Assembly (NCBI RefSeq): GCF_032191835.1
Contig: NC_083223.1
Coordinates: 118,730,001 to 118,794,000, forward strand
Reading direction: 5' to 3'
DNA from: Heteronotia binoei
Lineage: Eukaryota
DNA length: 64,000 nucleotides
Shown here one piece after another: positions 24,054 to 36,404 of the stretch. The translations under genes were made by a program, and so were the position numbers. Under the pieces are notes generated by a model that did no database searches, had not been told where the DNA came from, and worked only from the letters and a program-made list of their open reading frames with translations. Numbering within the stretch: the first letter of the stretch is position 1; each line of letters starts with the position of its first letter.

Positions 24054-24799
24054 CCTCATTCCTTGTATAATATAGTGGGTTCTATGCAATGATGAGGCGA
24101 GGTGATAGTGAACATAGCTCTTTTATTGAATACAACATGGTATAGTGCTACCTAAGAAGACTGGAGACTAGGACTGCAGGGTCAACTATAAACACACCCA
24201 AAGTTCCCGGGCTGCCTGTGATTGGACCATTCAAACCAGTCTTGATTGGAGCAGGGCAGCAGGAATTTGGATTCTACTGCCTATTGTTCCTGAGACCCCA
24301 AGCTCAGTCCTTCAGGCCCCAGTGAGCCAAGAGAGAACTCCAGCTTATAGATACAATTCTAAGCACATATACAACATCCCTTCCCCCCATGTTCGCAAGC
24401 CTAGCTGACGTAGTTGAGGTAGGCTGGCTTGCAATGCTCTCTGGTGGATTGCCTGAGCACTGGAGTGGGTGGCGGAGCAGATGCAGTTGCCACGGCAGTG
24501 AGTGGAGGAGCCACCGCTGTATTGCTTTCAGCCAGCGGCTCCTGGGTCTCCGTGACTGCTGGCTCTACCTGAAGGGCGGGGCCCTGGGCTTCTGCCTCAG
24601 CCATGGCCATCGGGGAAGGAGTGGGGGTGGCGGCCTGGTCATCAGGACTGTAGCCCTCAACTTCTTCCTTGGGGCTCTCGCAGGACCTCAGCTGGTCGAT
24701 GTGCCTCCCTATAGTGGACCCCCCTCTGTTGTAACCTCATACACCATGGACCCCAGCAACCTTTGCCAGAATCCAAGCGCCCCCCCCCCCCAGTTCTTA

Positions 24800-27338
24800 G
24801 CCATAACTCAGTCCCCTGTGTCTAACCCCCGAGGTGCCCGGACCACCTCTGGATCCTCTTGCAGATCGAAGGCTCTGTCTGGATGTAATCGGTCTAGTAG
24901 GATGGTTAACCGCAGCTGGGCTGCGGCCGGTGGCAATAGAGGGGATAGTATGCTGCGATAATAAGAACTCTGCAAGGCGGGCCTCCCAGTCCCCCTGGAT
25001 GATGCAGTGGAGCAATTCTTTAGTCGTCCACACCATCCTTTCAGCCTGGCCGTTGGTGGCCGGATGGAAGGGGGCTGACCTGATATGCCAAATGAGGTTC
25101 TGGATGCAGAAGAAGAAGAAGAAGAAGATGATGATGATATTGGATTTATATCCCGCCCTCCACTCCGAAGAGTCTCAGAGTGGCTCACAATCTCCTTTAC
25201 CTTCCTCCCCCACAACAAACACCCTGTGAGGTGGGTGGGGCTGAGAGGGTTCTCACAGCAGCTGCCCTTTCAAGGACAACCTCTGCCAGAGCTATGGCTG
25301 ACCCAAGGCCATGCCAGCAGGTGCAAGTGGAGGAGTGGGGAATCAAACCTGGTTCTCCCAGATAAGAGTCCGGACACTTAACCACTACACCAAACTGGCT
25401 CTCTAGAAGTCCTGGAACTCCCCCAACGTGAAGGCCGTCCTGTTATCCGAAACCAGTGTGTCTGGGAGGCCATGCGTGGTGAACACCCAGTGGAGGTCGC
25501 TGATGGTGGTCCAGGAGGAGGTGGAAGTGATCAGAAGCACCTCCAGCCATTTTGAGTGCGAGCCCACTCAAAAAGAACGTTTGTCCCTGGAAGGGCCCCA
25601 CAAAGTCCAGGTGCAAGCGGGACCAGGGATTTCGTGTGAACTCCCAGTGCTGCATTGGGGCCTGGGGAGGCGCCAGCCATGTCTCCTGGCAGGGCTGGCA
25701 TCAGGTGACCCAAGACTCGATCACATCGTCAATCCTGGGCCGCCATACATAACTGCGGGTGAATGCCTTCATGCGCACGATCCCCGGGTGGGTTTCATGC
25801 AGCGCCATGAGGACTTGGTGTCTCAAAACCAGGGGCACCACCACCCTGTTACCCCATAACAAACACCCCTTATGGGTAGAAAGCTCGTCCCCGCGGGACA
25901 CGAACACCCCAAACTCTGGTCCCACCCAGCCTGTGGGCCATCCCCTCCACACCCAGTTCAAAACTCGGGAGAGTATTTTGTCCTTGGCTGAGCAACGTGC
26001 AATGTCCTTCGCGTGAACTGGGTGGTCTGGAAGGGACTCCAGAAGCAGGATCTGGTGTGCTGGGGCAGGATCTGGCTTGTCCGATGGCACTGGCAGACGG
26101 CTGAGTGTGTCCACGTGGCCCATGGCTTTCCCAGACTTGTACTGAAGACTATACTGGTACCCAGCCAAGAAAATAGACCACCGCAGTACCCTGGGCAACA
26201 GCATCTGGGGCGTTTGTTGGTCGAGGGCAAAGAGGCCAAGTAAGGCCTTGTGGTCCGTAAGGATGGTGAAGGGCCAGCTGTACAAGTAATCGTGGATTTT
26301 TTTAACTCCCGCCACGATTGCCAGGCCCTCCTTATTGATTTGGCATAGCTGCGCTCCAATTTCTGCAATGTTCTGGAGTAATAGGCTACCAGGACCTCTC
26401 TGCCATGCAGCAACACAGGGGATGAGTGTAGTCTCGGTTCCCCCTTGGGGCAAAGTTTCTTAAGGTTCTGGGCAGAGATAATGGTGTGTGTGGCCCCAGA
26501 GTCAATCTCCATTCGACAGGGGGCGCCCTCAAAAAACACTGTTGTTTTGAGTTTATCTGGGGACGGCATGGTGATGTCGCATACCTGTCCGACCGATGCG
26601 GTGATGGCGTTGATATTCTCCATGACGGCGACCTCATGGCAGCAGCCATGTTTTCCGCTCTTCTGACGGGTGGTGCTCTCTTGGGTTGGTGTCGCTTTAG
26701 AGCGGCAGACTCTGGCGAGGTGACCCGTCTTTCTGCACTGGTGGCAGACGGTGTCCCAGAATCGGCAGGAGCGGCACTCGTGGTTCTCCCCACAACTTGC
26801 ACACTCCCAAGCTGGTGCGGTTTCAGTCATGCAAGGCGGCTGGCACTTCGCGGCGGTGTGGTGGAATTTGAAAGCATCATCGACCCCTGAGTCGTCCGCT
26901 TCCAAGGAGGATGAGGCGGCTTGGTGGGCCACCACCAACATGCGCTCTTTCCACGATTTTCATAGGCAAAAGCCTCTTTGATCGCCATGGTGAGGTCCAT
27001 ATAATCTTTTCCACGGCAGACTCATTGGACCACTGACGGCACTTGGAGAAGTCAAAGCAACGGGTCAGGACTGATGGCTGCGGTGTAAAATGGGTCATAA
27101 GGGTGGCAGTGATTTCTGCGACGAAGGCATCCTTGAGGAGGGTGGGCGCCATTAGCCCCTGGGCTAGCTCCTGGGTGTCCATCCTGCACGAGCTGAGGAG
27201 TTGCAATTTCTTTTTATTCCCCAAAACCCCGTGGTAGTGGATGAAGTTCTCCAGTCGTTCCAACCAGGTCTCCCATTGCTTTGGGCTGGTCACATCGAAC
27301 TCGGGAATTGCTCCTGGCATAGCGGCCATTGTCAGCAC
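24800..27338 (-). pseudogene. Gypsy gag-pro-(RT deleted)-RNaseH-integrase, frameshifted
   Basis: gag WETWLERLE; knuckle CHQCRKTGHLARVC; protease EIDSGA; RNase H AYYSRTL/KEGLAIV/TDHKAL/DTLSRLP; integrase HPGIVRMK, LHLDFVGP, VSDNG, FHPATNGQAERMV. Confidence 0.88.
25108..25403 (-). mobile_element. Squam3-like SINE inserted in the Gypsy integrase
   Basis: Full head-to-tail copy with a (ttc/tca)n tail. agaag is duplicated at 25108-25112 and 25405-25409. The integrase frame rejoins as GEFQDF-CIQNLIWHIRSAPFHP. Confidence 0.9.
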
Positions 27339-27381
27339 TGGCAGTGCAGAAAACCCATGGCTGCTGGCCTCGCTTACCAGG

Positions 27382-27399
27382 ATTCCACCTTCGCCGCCA
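27382..27399 (-). promoter_or_regulatory. Primer-binding site, tRNA-Ser(GCU)-like
   Basis: tggcggcgaaggtggaat lies 1 nt after the 5' LTR and matches the complement of the vertebrate tRNA-Ser(GCU) 3' end (TGGCGACGAGG(A/G)TGGGAT) at 14-15 of 18 positions. Confidence 0.65.
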
Positions 27400-27718
27400 C
27401 TATATTATAGTGGGTTCTATGCAATGATGAGGCGAGGTGATAGTGAACATAGCTTTTTATTGAATACAGCATGGTATAGTGCTGCCTAAGAAGACTGAAG
27501 ACTAGGGCTGCAGGGGCAACTATATACACACCCAAAGTTCCCGCACTGCCTGTGATTGGACCATTCAAACCAGCTGGGGGCTCTTGATTGGAAGAGGGAA
27601 GCAGAAATTTGGATCCTACTGCCTATTGTTCCTGAGTCCCCAAGCTCAGTCTTTCAGGCCCCAATGAGCCAAGCAAGAACTCCAGCTTATAGATACAATT
27701 CTAAGCACATATACAACA

Positions 27719-27850
27719 CCTTGTCTGAAGAAGTATGCATGCATATGAAAGCTTACATTCTGAATAAAACTTTGTTTGTCTTAAAGGTACTACTGGACTC
27801 CTACTTTGTTCTATTGCGTCAGACTGACATGGCTGCCCACCTGCATCTAT
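27719..27850 (+). mobile_element. Third PLE-type pLTR/3' fragment with hammerhead motif
   Basis: Homologous to the reverse complement of 52290-52420 (ctga..gaag...gaaagcttacattctgaataaaact...gtcttaaagg...gctgcccac). Its 5' part continues left of the two LTR insertions. Confidence 0.7.
27722..27757 (+). ncRNA. Minimal hammerhead ribozyme motif
   Basis: tgt-CTGAAGA-a-gtatgc-at-gcatat-GAAA-gc-TT-aca, with palindromic helix III AGCU. Confidence 0.6.
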
Positions 27851-30800
27851 CTAATGGGGAGAAATCTCAACTCTCTAAGTTCAAGAATTTCTAACCTAGC
27901 CTAAGTAAAGATCGTTTAGACATTTAAACATCATTAACCATCACTCAAAGGATAGCATGTTGTCATATTTTCTCTGTATCATTGCTTGGACTGATGCATG
28001 GTGAGTTTACTAAGCTTCGTATTTTGAGTACTTGAAGTCTGATCTTTGTAAACATATGCTTAGTTGGTCTTGTTTTCCAAAGAGAAGTAAAGGGTGGGGT
28101 GGGGGGTGGGGGCTGAGGTTAAGCTTGCCATCCCTAAAGCACAAAAGCTAGAAAATGTGAAAGTATTTGTCCCTGTGCTAGCTAGTACAAGCAAAGTGGG
28201 AGATGTGGCAGTTAGGCAGAGCCTAGAGTAAAAGATGCCCTTTTAGATCTGTTCGTGGCTGCAGTTAGTACCCAGAGAGAAGTAAGACAACCTCTGGGAG
28301 TAAATGGAAGGGTGGCCTCACTGAGAAGAGACCCAGGATGGCACCAGGGTTTTCCCAATCTCCCAGACTCAAAGCAACATGGATGGCTTGCAAGTCATTA
28401 AATCCTGAGACGTGTTAAATTTAGAATGGAAGTAGTGTCATAATCATGTGGAAGGGTACTCTTCTGAGTGAAAGGATTGTATTTCTTAATCATGGAACAG
28501 AAATGTTCAGGAAGGTTCTAACAAAAAAAGCACACACACATTCCACTGGCAATAATGGACTTCTAACCCTTTTAAAAATACTTTTAAACCATAGGATATT
28601 AAGTAACTGACATTTTCTCAGACTTATTAAACATCTAAAACTGTACCTCTTTGATGGATTAAGCAGAGTTTTGTAGACTTCTCTAAAAGACCCTTTAAAA
28701 AAATGTTCTGGTGGGTAAGATACAGTTAAGCAGGACTACATTGGTGGTTTTGGCTCATGTGCAGAATGTTGAGGCAGCTTTCAAAGTAACTTGCTACACT
28801 CTCAGCTAAAAAGCCACAGACACATATGGCAATGAATTACTTACTGTTTATTAAAAATTGTAGAGGACTCTGGCTTTTAATAGGGAAACTACATTGCTAC
28901 TCATTAAACCTCTTCAGAAATGTCTATCTTCATAAATATAAAATATTGAATTACATATGCCAAATAACAGAGTTATTACAGTTCCTTAAAATGAAATCTT
29001 CCAGGCTTTATAATGCTTAGTAATATTGACCTACTAACATCCTTCTTGTGACCTTAACTCAATTTTTGGTGTTTCTTTAAAAATATTTAGAGAGTGACTG
29101 CTCAGTGATGATTTTTAAATAAAAACACAATGTAATAGTTAATCTTAAAGGCAGGTGAAATTAAATTGGTGAATGTATTTCCCAAAGCATTCCTGCCTTG
29201 ATTTAAACAGTTTTAACCTTGGGGGAACAAGGCAGCCCGCTAACACTCACTGGCCCCAATCCAGCTGAAGTGAGCCATGTTGTATTGAAACCAATGGAAT
29301 AAATTAGTTGTGGCTCACTTAATTTTATTTTATTTGTGTTGGATTATTCACAACTAAATTTAACTGGATTGGGACCTTTGATTTCAAGGACACCATGGTT
29401 GCAGTCAAACGACTGGCTGCACCTCTATTTATCCAGTGTTAGTTGTTCCATAGTAGTTTGTCCAAACTTGCCACCTTAACCTGCCTCACCATGCACTCAC
29501 TATGTAGTTGACCATTCAGATTGTTGCTGTGTGGTAACCACAGAGTGGGCAGCTGGGCAGCATCCTTTGTTCTTTTTCTTTTCTTTTTTTGGTCTTTCAC
29601 ACGTGCACATAAGTATGCATCCAAAGCTCTGGCTCCTTTTTGACAGCTGTACAATCCCTCCACAAAATACTGCAGCCCCTTTCAGTCTCCTTCACATTGT
29701 CTCTCTTCCTTGGAATACATGGGAGACAAGTATAAGCATCATGCAGGTTTACATAACAGTAGCCCAACTGACTTCAATACATTTACATGGAATGCTCTCG
29801 AACATCAACCCTTTTTCTTCTAATAGAATTTGCATGGGGGAAAGTGGGATGGGGAGTAGGATGGCCAGGCTCCCAGCTGATATGGGAGCCTAACTAGGGA
29901 CTGTTCCCAAGGCTTTCCATCCCCAAGAAAGAGGAGGGTTTGGGAGGATTGTTGCTCAAAAACAACTCCCCCAGAGACTCCTGATCCTGACAGAATGTTG
30001 GGTGCGGAAAACAAACAGTGATTCAAAACTTTTGGGTGAATATCCACTTATGCTCACGTCAGTACCTGATTTTTTTTTTTTTAAAAAAGTGGTAGAACAG
30101 AAGGTTCATACTTCCCAAACACCTTGAGTTCACAACAGGGGAGTTAAGAAATCCAAAAATGCAGGGTGAAAGTGCTGACTTCTGTAGAGACAAGACTTTT
30201 CCCAGTGTCACAGAACTCCAATTTGAAGATGGGTCAGAACAGGGCGCCAATGACTGGGGAACTGGAGGCAGATGTTGCTGTCTGATTGTGTACTTTAAAT
30301 CCTGAAGGAAACAGCAACAACATCAGATCAAAGTGCTCATTTGACTGCAGCCCATGAGTCCTGTTCACACATGGTAGCTTAATTCTCTGGTTTTCTTTCC
30401 ACTGATACAGAAACCCATGAAGAAACTTGTGTGTGAACTTGATTATTTGATATTACCAGGGCTTTTTTTCAGCAGCAACACATTTCATCAGGGGGTATAG
30501 CCTAATATGCAAATGAGTTCTTGCTGGGCTTTTTCTATAAAAAGAAAGACTGGATATTACCATTGATGGCAAGTGCAGTTCCTCAAATTGCAACCACAGT
30601 ATGAATTTCCGATGAAATGTTGCTTCTGATTCTGGAAGTTGGCTTCTGCGGATATATCAATGGTTCACACTAATATCTTCACACAATATTGTACCAGAGA
30701 ACAGGGGAAAGCAGCAGATTGTAAACTAGCCCTGGAGAGTTCCCAGAAGAGTCTGAAGGTTTCTTAGGTAGGTTTGGTCAGGGATGAATGGGGATTGGCA

Positions 30801-32022
30801 TGGGAACTCTATGTACACTGAAATCCTTCAGAACATTGAATAATGGAGTAACTACATGAGTAAACACCTCTGAGGAGAACTGCAATATACTACATACTCA
30901 GAGCTTCTAAAAGCCCCCCAGTATAAAAGATATTCCAGGAAACCTTCATCGTTTAAAACCTGGGGTATCATTAGCATGAAATCTATTTTTTTTTAAAAAA
31001 AATCCTTATATGGCAATTGTGAATATTTGCTTCCATAAAATACCTTAAGTGGGGTGTTGCCTATCATGATGATGTATGATGCGGAAATGCTCTGTATGAT
31101 GCGGAAATAAGCTAGGGCATATGGTAAAAGTTTTCAATTCCCAGAGATTATAAAGAGGAGACTATGGTGCTCATCTTTATCCTGCAACAACCTCATTTGC
31201 CCTTAGGGAACTTGAAATCTCAAAGTCCATTGTATTATTCAGCATAAAGAGGCACTGGCTGAGGGCAAGAAAGCACAGGAAAAGAAATAGCATGTCAACA
31301 GGAGGAGCCTGATGTTGTATGCACTCTTGGCAGTGGCATACTGAAATAGCATCTCTCAGCTGCTGCTGAAATACTTGATAATGCAGAGGCAGAGAAAATT
31401 CATTATGCTTAAATCCCACAGAAATAATGGAGAGTTGCATCTGACTTGTATAACCGATGTCAATACGACCTATATCTATCTAATACATTTTTGTCTCATC
31501 TTCTTCCAAGGACTGCAGAGTCTTTTCTTCTATAGTTTCTTTGTTTTAATTGGGGAAATTCAGAGTAGAATATATTAAAAAGTTATAGACAATATGGGGT
31601 TTCAAGAAAGCATGGGAAAGCATGCTATTTTAAAGGGTTTTTTGTTGACTGTGGTTAGTTTTATCATTGTCTGTACACACTGTGGGCTGGGTTGGGGGGT
31701 TGCTGCTTTTGATAGAAATATTATACTGTTTTTGGATGTGTTGTATGTGTGTCAACATCCTGTTCTATAACACCTAGAAATATATAAACACTGCAAAATA
31801 TTACTTTTACATTTTTCCTACAGAGATATTATCTTTTTGCTCCAATCTGCTGCTTATTTGGAAGTAAAACTTACTGAAAGAAATGGGGGCTGCTTCCAGA
31901 TCACTATGTTTAGAAGCAGACTCATAAACTCATAAATCCACTCCATGTGAAAATAACTTTTTTCCTTGTTGAACAACAGGAGAGGGATTTTTAAAAGTGT
32001 GAAGTTCACAAGTCTACAAATG

Positions 32023-32410
32023 CAGAGCTTTTTTGTAGAAAAAGAACAATAGGAGCTCATTTGCATATTAGGCCACACCCGTGACACCAAGATAGCAGGA
32101 ACTGCGTTCCCATGCATTCCTGTTCAAAAGAAGCCCTGCTCAAACGTACATAATCTGACCTGTTTGAGCACTGCCTTCTCTTTGTGTACTGAGCAACAGG
32201 GATGGTACCCCAAGAGCTAGAACCAGGACTTTTTTTTTTTTTTTTGCAAGAATGCATAGGAACACAGTTCCAGCTGGCTTGGTGTTGGAGGCATAGCCTG
32301 CTGGGCTTTTGCTACAAAACAAGCCCTATACAAAACAGTGTTGACATCAGGGTGTGTGGTCTAATATGCAAATTAGTTCCTGCTGGGTGTTTCCTACCAA
32401 AAAAGCCCTG
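32023..32410. mobile_element. Two inverted copies of the 1144-type hAT MITE (32023-32138, ~32223-32410)
   Basis: cagagctttt...aagccctg ends, with ctcatttgcatattaggccacaccc and its reverse complement. Confidence 0.75.
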
Positions 32411-35400
32411 GCCCAGAACAACAAGGCTTGAGCCTTTCCAAAGCCAAGCATTTTCTCAAAGATGAAGGCCCAGCATACAATCCCAAACCTGCTACTCCTT
32501 GCCAAAGCATCACACACCACAACAATAATTCATTCTAGAATACGACAGTCTCTGTTAAATTAAAAATCTCACTGGAGAAGAATATAAATCTTTCTCTACT
32601 TTTGCAGCATAATGTGAAATGAGGGGCTAAATATGAACCAACACATAAATCACAGCCACAAGTCTATGTATAAAATCTGCAATGCATTCTGATTTACAGA
32701 GAGTGGGGAGACTGCAGCAGGTTCACTACCACCACTTATAACAAAGGCAGCTTTTTAGGGGAGAATTCTTGAGGGAAATTTACTATGATGCTTTATTTGT
32801 CACGCATGAACAATGTACTTAGCAAAAGAAAATAAATAAGTGTTTTAGACAGGGGGTAGACAAGTTCTACAGCACAGAAAAGTATGTGTAAACTAGCGGA
32901 GGAATTGCCCTGAGGGAAAGACAAGGCAGATGAAGTCCTTGGCAAAGAACTCAATCCTGCCATCCCTGAGGAGACCACCAGTGGCCTAAGAAAATTTGAC
33001 TGGCCATTTAAATTGCCTAAGAAAATTTGATTTCTACCCTAACAGTTAATCTTCTCTGCATGCATACCAGCCACCAGTTACTTCAAGTTCTCCTGCAATT
33101 ACAACTGATGTCTAGACTCCAGTGCCCTTGGAAGAAATGACTGCTTTGGAGGGTGGAAGTGCATGGCATTACATCCATCCTGAGCTGCCTCCTCAGCTAC
33201 CACCTCCAAATCTCCAGGAATTTCTCTAACCAGAGTTGGCAACCTTAACTGTGGGGCATATTTTAGATTGTTCGAGACTAGGATTAAAATACTATTAAAC
33301 TACCAGGGCATTGCATTTGCTCTCTGCTTGAAGCACTATCCTTTATTCTTTCAGCATACAGCTTTGTTAGTGTGGCTGACAAGGCTGGGTGGCAAACAAA
33401 CATGGGGTTGTATAGGACAGTCCCATTTAGCTGTGCCCTTGAAAGTCAACCAATAGCAATACACACAACTTCATTCCCTTTGGCCAATTAATAATTCACA
33501 GGGGGCCAGCATTTTGCTGGGACATCCTTGGACAACTGTTTCCTTTGCTTCTCTATCAGTACAGTGTATCTCTTCCTTTGCATATTGTTAACTCTACTTT
33601 ATTATGTGAGGAACAAAATTGCTCTCAAAGGACATCTGACCCTGGTAGTCATTTGTTATTTGGCTCAGGCAATTGTAGAACCTTTAGTCACTGAATGGTA
33701 ATGGAACAACTAAGTCTGTCTTTTCATGACAGTGAAACCTTCGGTTCTTTCCCTGAGAGAAGCTGCAGGAGAGACTAGTGCCAAGAGCCATCTCAGATGT
33801 ATTCAGTGTATTCCTCGAAGGCTTTCTTTCATGTACCTTATGAACACTCTGCAAAGACTGAAATGTAACTAAATCCGGGATTTGATATGTTGCATCTACC
33901 CTGTTGCCAACCCATTAAAGAGTTCATGCACAGGTTTCCTTGGAGAAATACTATTTTGCAGCCTATTATAAGCAAGGTTACAGTGAAGGAGACTAATAAT
34001 TATAAATGCTGGAAATAGATATATATTTGCAAAACCAAGGTTAAAATAAACTGCATCCAAACTGAACTCAAACAAAATATCAGCTGCTTTCAGAGGAGTA
34101 CTTTCATCTTAAACCCTAAAGCCCAACAACTGGATAACAGAGCTCCATCAGCTGTAAACATAAGTGGGTACAACTTATTATAATAGTTTGCTTTGATTCA
34201 AAAATTGAATACATTTTATTGTACACCTCTTTCCTGCTCCACTTTTCCCTTCCTTCTTCCTCCACCTCCTGGTTGTGTTTCTCATAACTATTCTCCTTTT
34301 CTAGTGTTTATCTCTGTTTAATAATCTGAATTATGTTATTAAAAACTCAGAAATAAAAACCCTACAGTGCTGCTACAGAATATGTCACAGCTATGCTAAG
34401 ATACTACCGTACTGCCATTTCTTCCTTTTTTCTAGACCCAGTTATGTAATGAACATTATTTTTTAAAAAAGTCACATCCCTTGAATTCCGACATTCTTTA
34501 CTCTGTTTGCCTTTAGCTATCTTTAAAACTCTTTATTTGAAGTGGAAAGCAATGGCTAGTTATCCCAGTACATTGTGTACTTTGGTATGGATAGTGGAGT
34601 ACAAAATTTAAACTTAAATAGCAAGTTTGAAAAGTGCACGTTTAAAATTAAGCACATATCTCTTTAAAAGTGAATCAACTGTTAATAGGATTGGATACCT
34701 ATATCTAAGCATTTAAAATGGAGATGAACCAAATTCTGTGTACATGCACACTTCAGAGTTGATGAGAATTGCATGTATTTTGTACTGAAATGTCTGTCCA
34801 TAAAGTGTGAATTGAGTCCACATCTGGAACTGCTGATATGAAGCCTTGTATTATTTCAGGTGTTCACATGTTCCAACTCACTGCCATCCAGCTATATATG
34901 GTATGACTCTTTTAAATTTTGAAATGAAGCATATCTCAGTATTGCACATTAGAATTGTGAGTTATTCACTGCTGGTACCTCAGCAGTCTTTTCTGGAGCT
35001 TTTTTAGAGGTAGTCTGTATGCAGCCTTGATAATCCTGCTTATTTGGTACAATTTTAAAATCTGCTTTCTTCCTAACTGCATAAACCCAACCAATCAGAG
35101 GCCATATTATTACTATACCATGGTACTACCTTGGCAAATACATTGGGCTACCTGCCGAGGAAGGAACAAATATTCTGAATGGAGAAAGAAGAGCATCCCG
35201 GCTGCCCATCTTGCTTTACTGTGAGGTAGAAAAGACAGGTTTCTTTCAATTTGTAACTACTTTCAAGTTTCTTGAGCTTTTGCCACATAGACTGAGGTCT
35301 ACTTCCAAATTTCCCTCTGCTTTGGAAGATGAAGTTTCAGTGTTAACAAATCCAAACACACAAACCCAACATGCTTCACTCTGAAGTCACTGTGAGCTAG

Positions 35401-35908
35401 GGCTAATCCTAACCTCTCTGCAGGATTCTCCAACCTTATTTGAGGGAAAATAACAGTCCTTTTACACTCCTTTTACTTCTCCAACTCTTCCTCCATCCTT
35501 GGCTTCTTGAGTCTACCAACAGAGAAAAAGGGGGATTGACTGGTACAGGTACAGGATAAAAAGAAAAGGCATTGGGTGTGATCTGACCAGGAATTAGCCA
35601 CCACAGTCTCTTGGCTTTTAAAAAGCCTATATAGTTCGAGAATGCAGCAGTGATCAGACAGTGCCAGCCCAGCAATAGAGTCACAGGCCACACACACACA
35701 GAGTGGAGTGATCACACTGCTCCTGCATATCCATGGCTGGAAACATTTCATAGAAATGCCACAATGACTTTGCCACCGGGAAGTTCCCGAAGTTTCCTGA
35801 CTGCATTGTGGAGGTGTTGGAGTATGAGGTAGGTGTGAGTGGGCTACAGGGGATAGATATGAGTGTGTGATTGTGCCCATCAAATCAGAGGTGGAGGTGG
35901 CTATGGTG

Positions 35909-36404
35909 CAGGGGTGGGTAACATCTGGCCCAAGGGCTGTTTATGGCCCTTGAGATCACTTGGTCTGGCCCTCGGTGGTTGCTGGGCCAAGACAAGCCAT
36001 GTGGCAGCCTCCCTGGGGCCCGGCTGGTGGGAGCTACCACCAGTTCAGTTTGCACTTGATTATCCCAGATGGTACAGCCTAATATGCTAATGAGTGTGTG
36101 ACCTAATATGCTAATTATTTATGTGGTCTAATATGCTAATGAGTTCCTACCGGGATTTTTTTTACAAAAAAAGCCCTGGACCTAGGCATTTGCCTAGGGC
36201 AGCAGGTCAGTGTGTGTGTGTGCCAAATTAGGCTCTTCCCACATGACTTCAAATAGAAAAACAATTATTTACATAAATTTTGCTGCCCTGAATTATTCTC
36301 CATCAGCAGAGCACTGTTTTTTAAGTTGATAATTTTGTGTGGCCTGCAAATGATGTTATAAATATCCAAATGGCCCTTGGCAGAAAAAAGGTTCCCCACT
36401 CCTG
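35909..36404. mobile_element. hAT (Charlie-like) MITE with a nested octamer-variant MITE fragment
   Basis: Ends caggggtgggtaac / ggttccccactcctg. Internal 36035-36180 matches 62270-62470 and carries three atgctaat repeats. Confidence 0.65.

Larger units (their letters stand above)
24066..27718 (-). mobile_element. Mag-clade-like Gypsy LTR retrotransposon, internally deleted (no RT)
   Basis: LTRs 24066-24376 and 27401-27718, 5-bp TSD ccttg (24061-24065, 27719-27723), PBS 27382-27399, PPT 24377-24388. Remnants of gag, CCHC knuckles, protease (IDSGA), RNase H end and integrase. Confidence 0.93.

Noticed and set aside
24389-27894. Plus-strand ORFs over the Gypsy element, and similarly over the CR1, L2 and BovB copies
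   Set aside because: Antisense shadows of TE coding sequence with no independent support.
35080-35385. ~100-codon Met-less open frame on + (…PWYYLGKYIGLPAEEG…)
   Set aside because: No recognisable homology and weak splice context. Dozens of ~100-codon open frames are expected by chance in six frames of 64 kb at this base composition.
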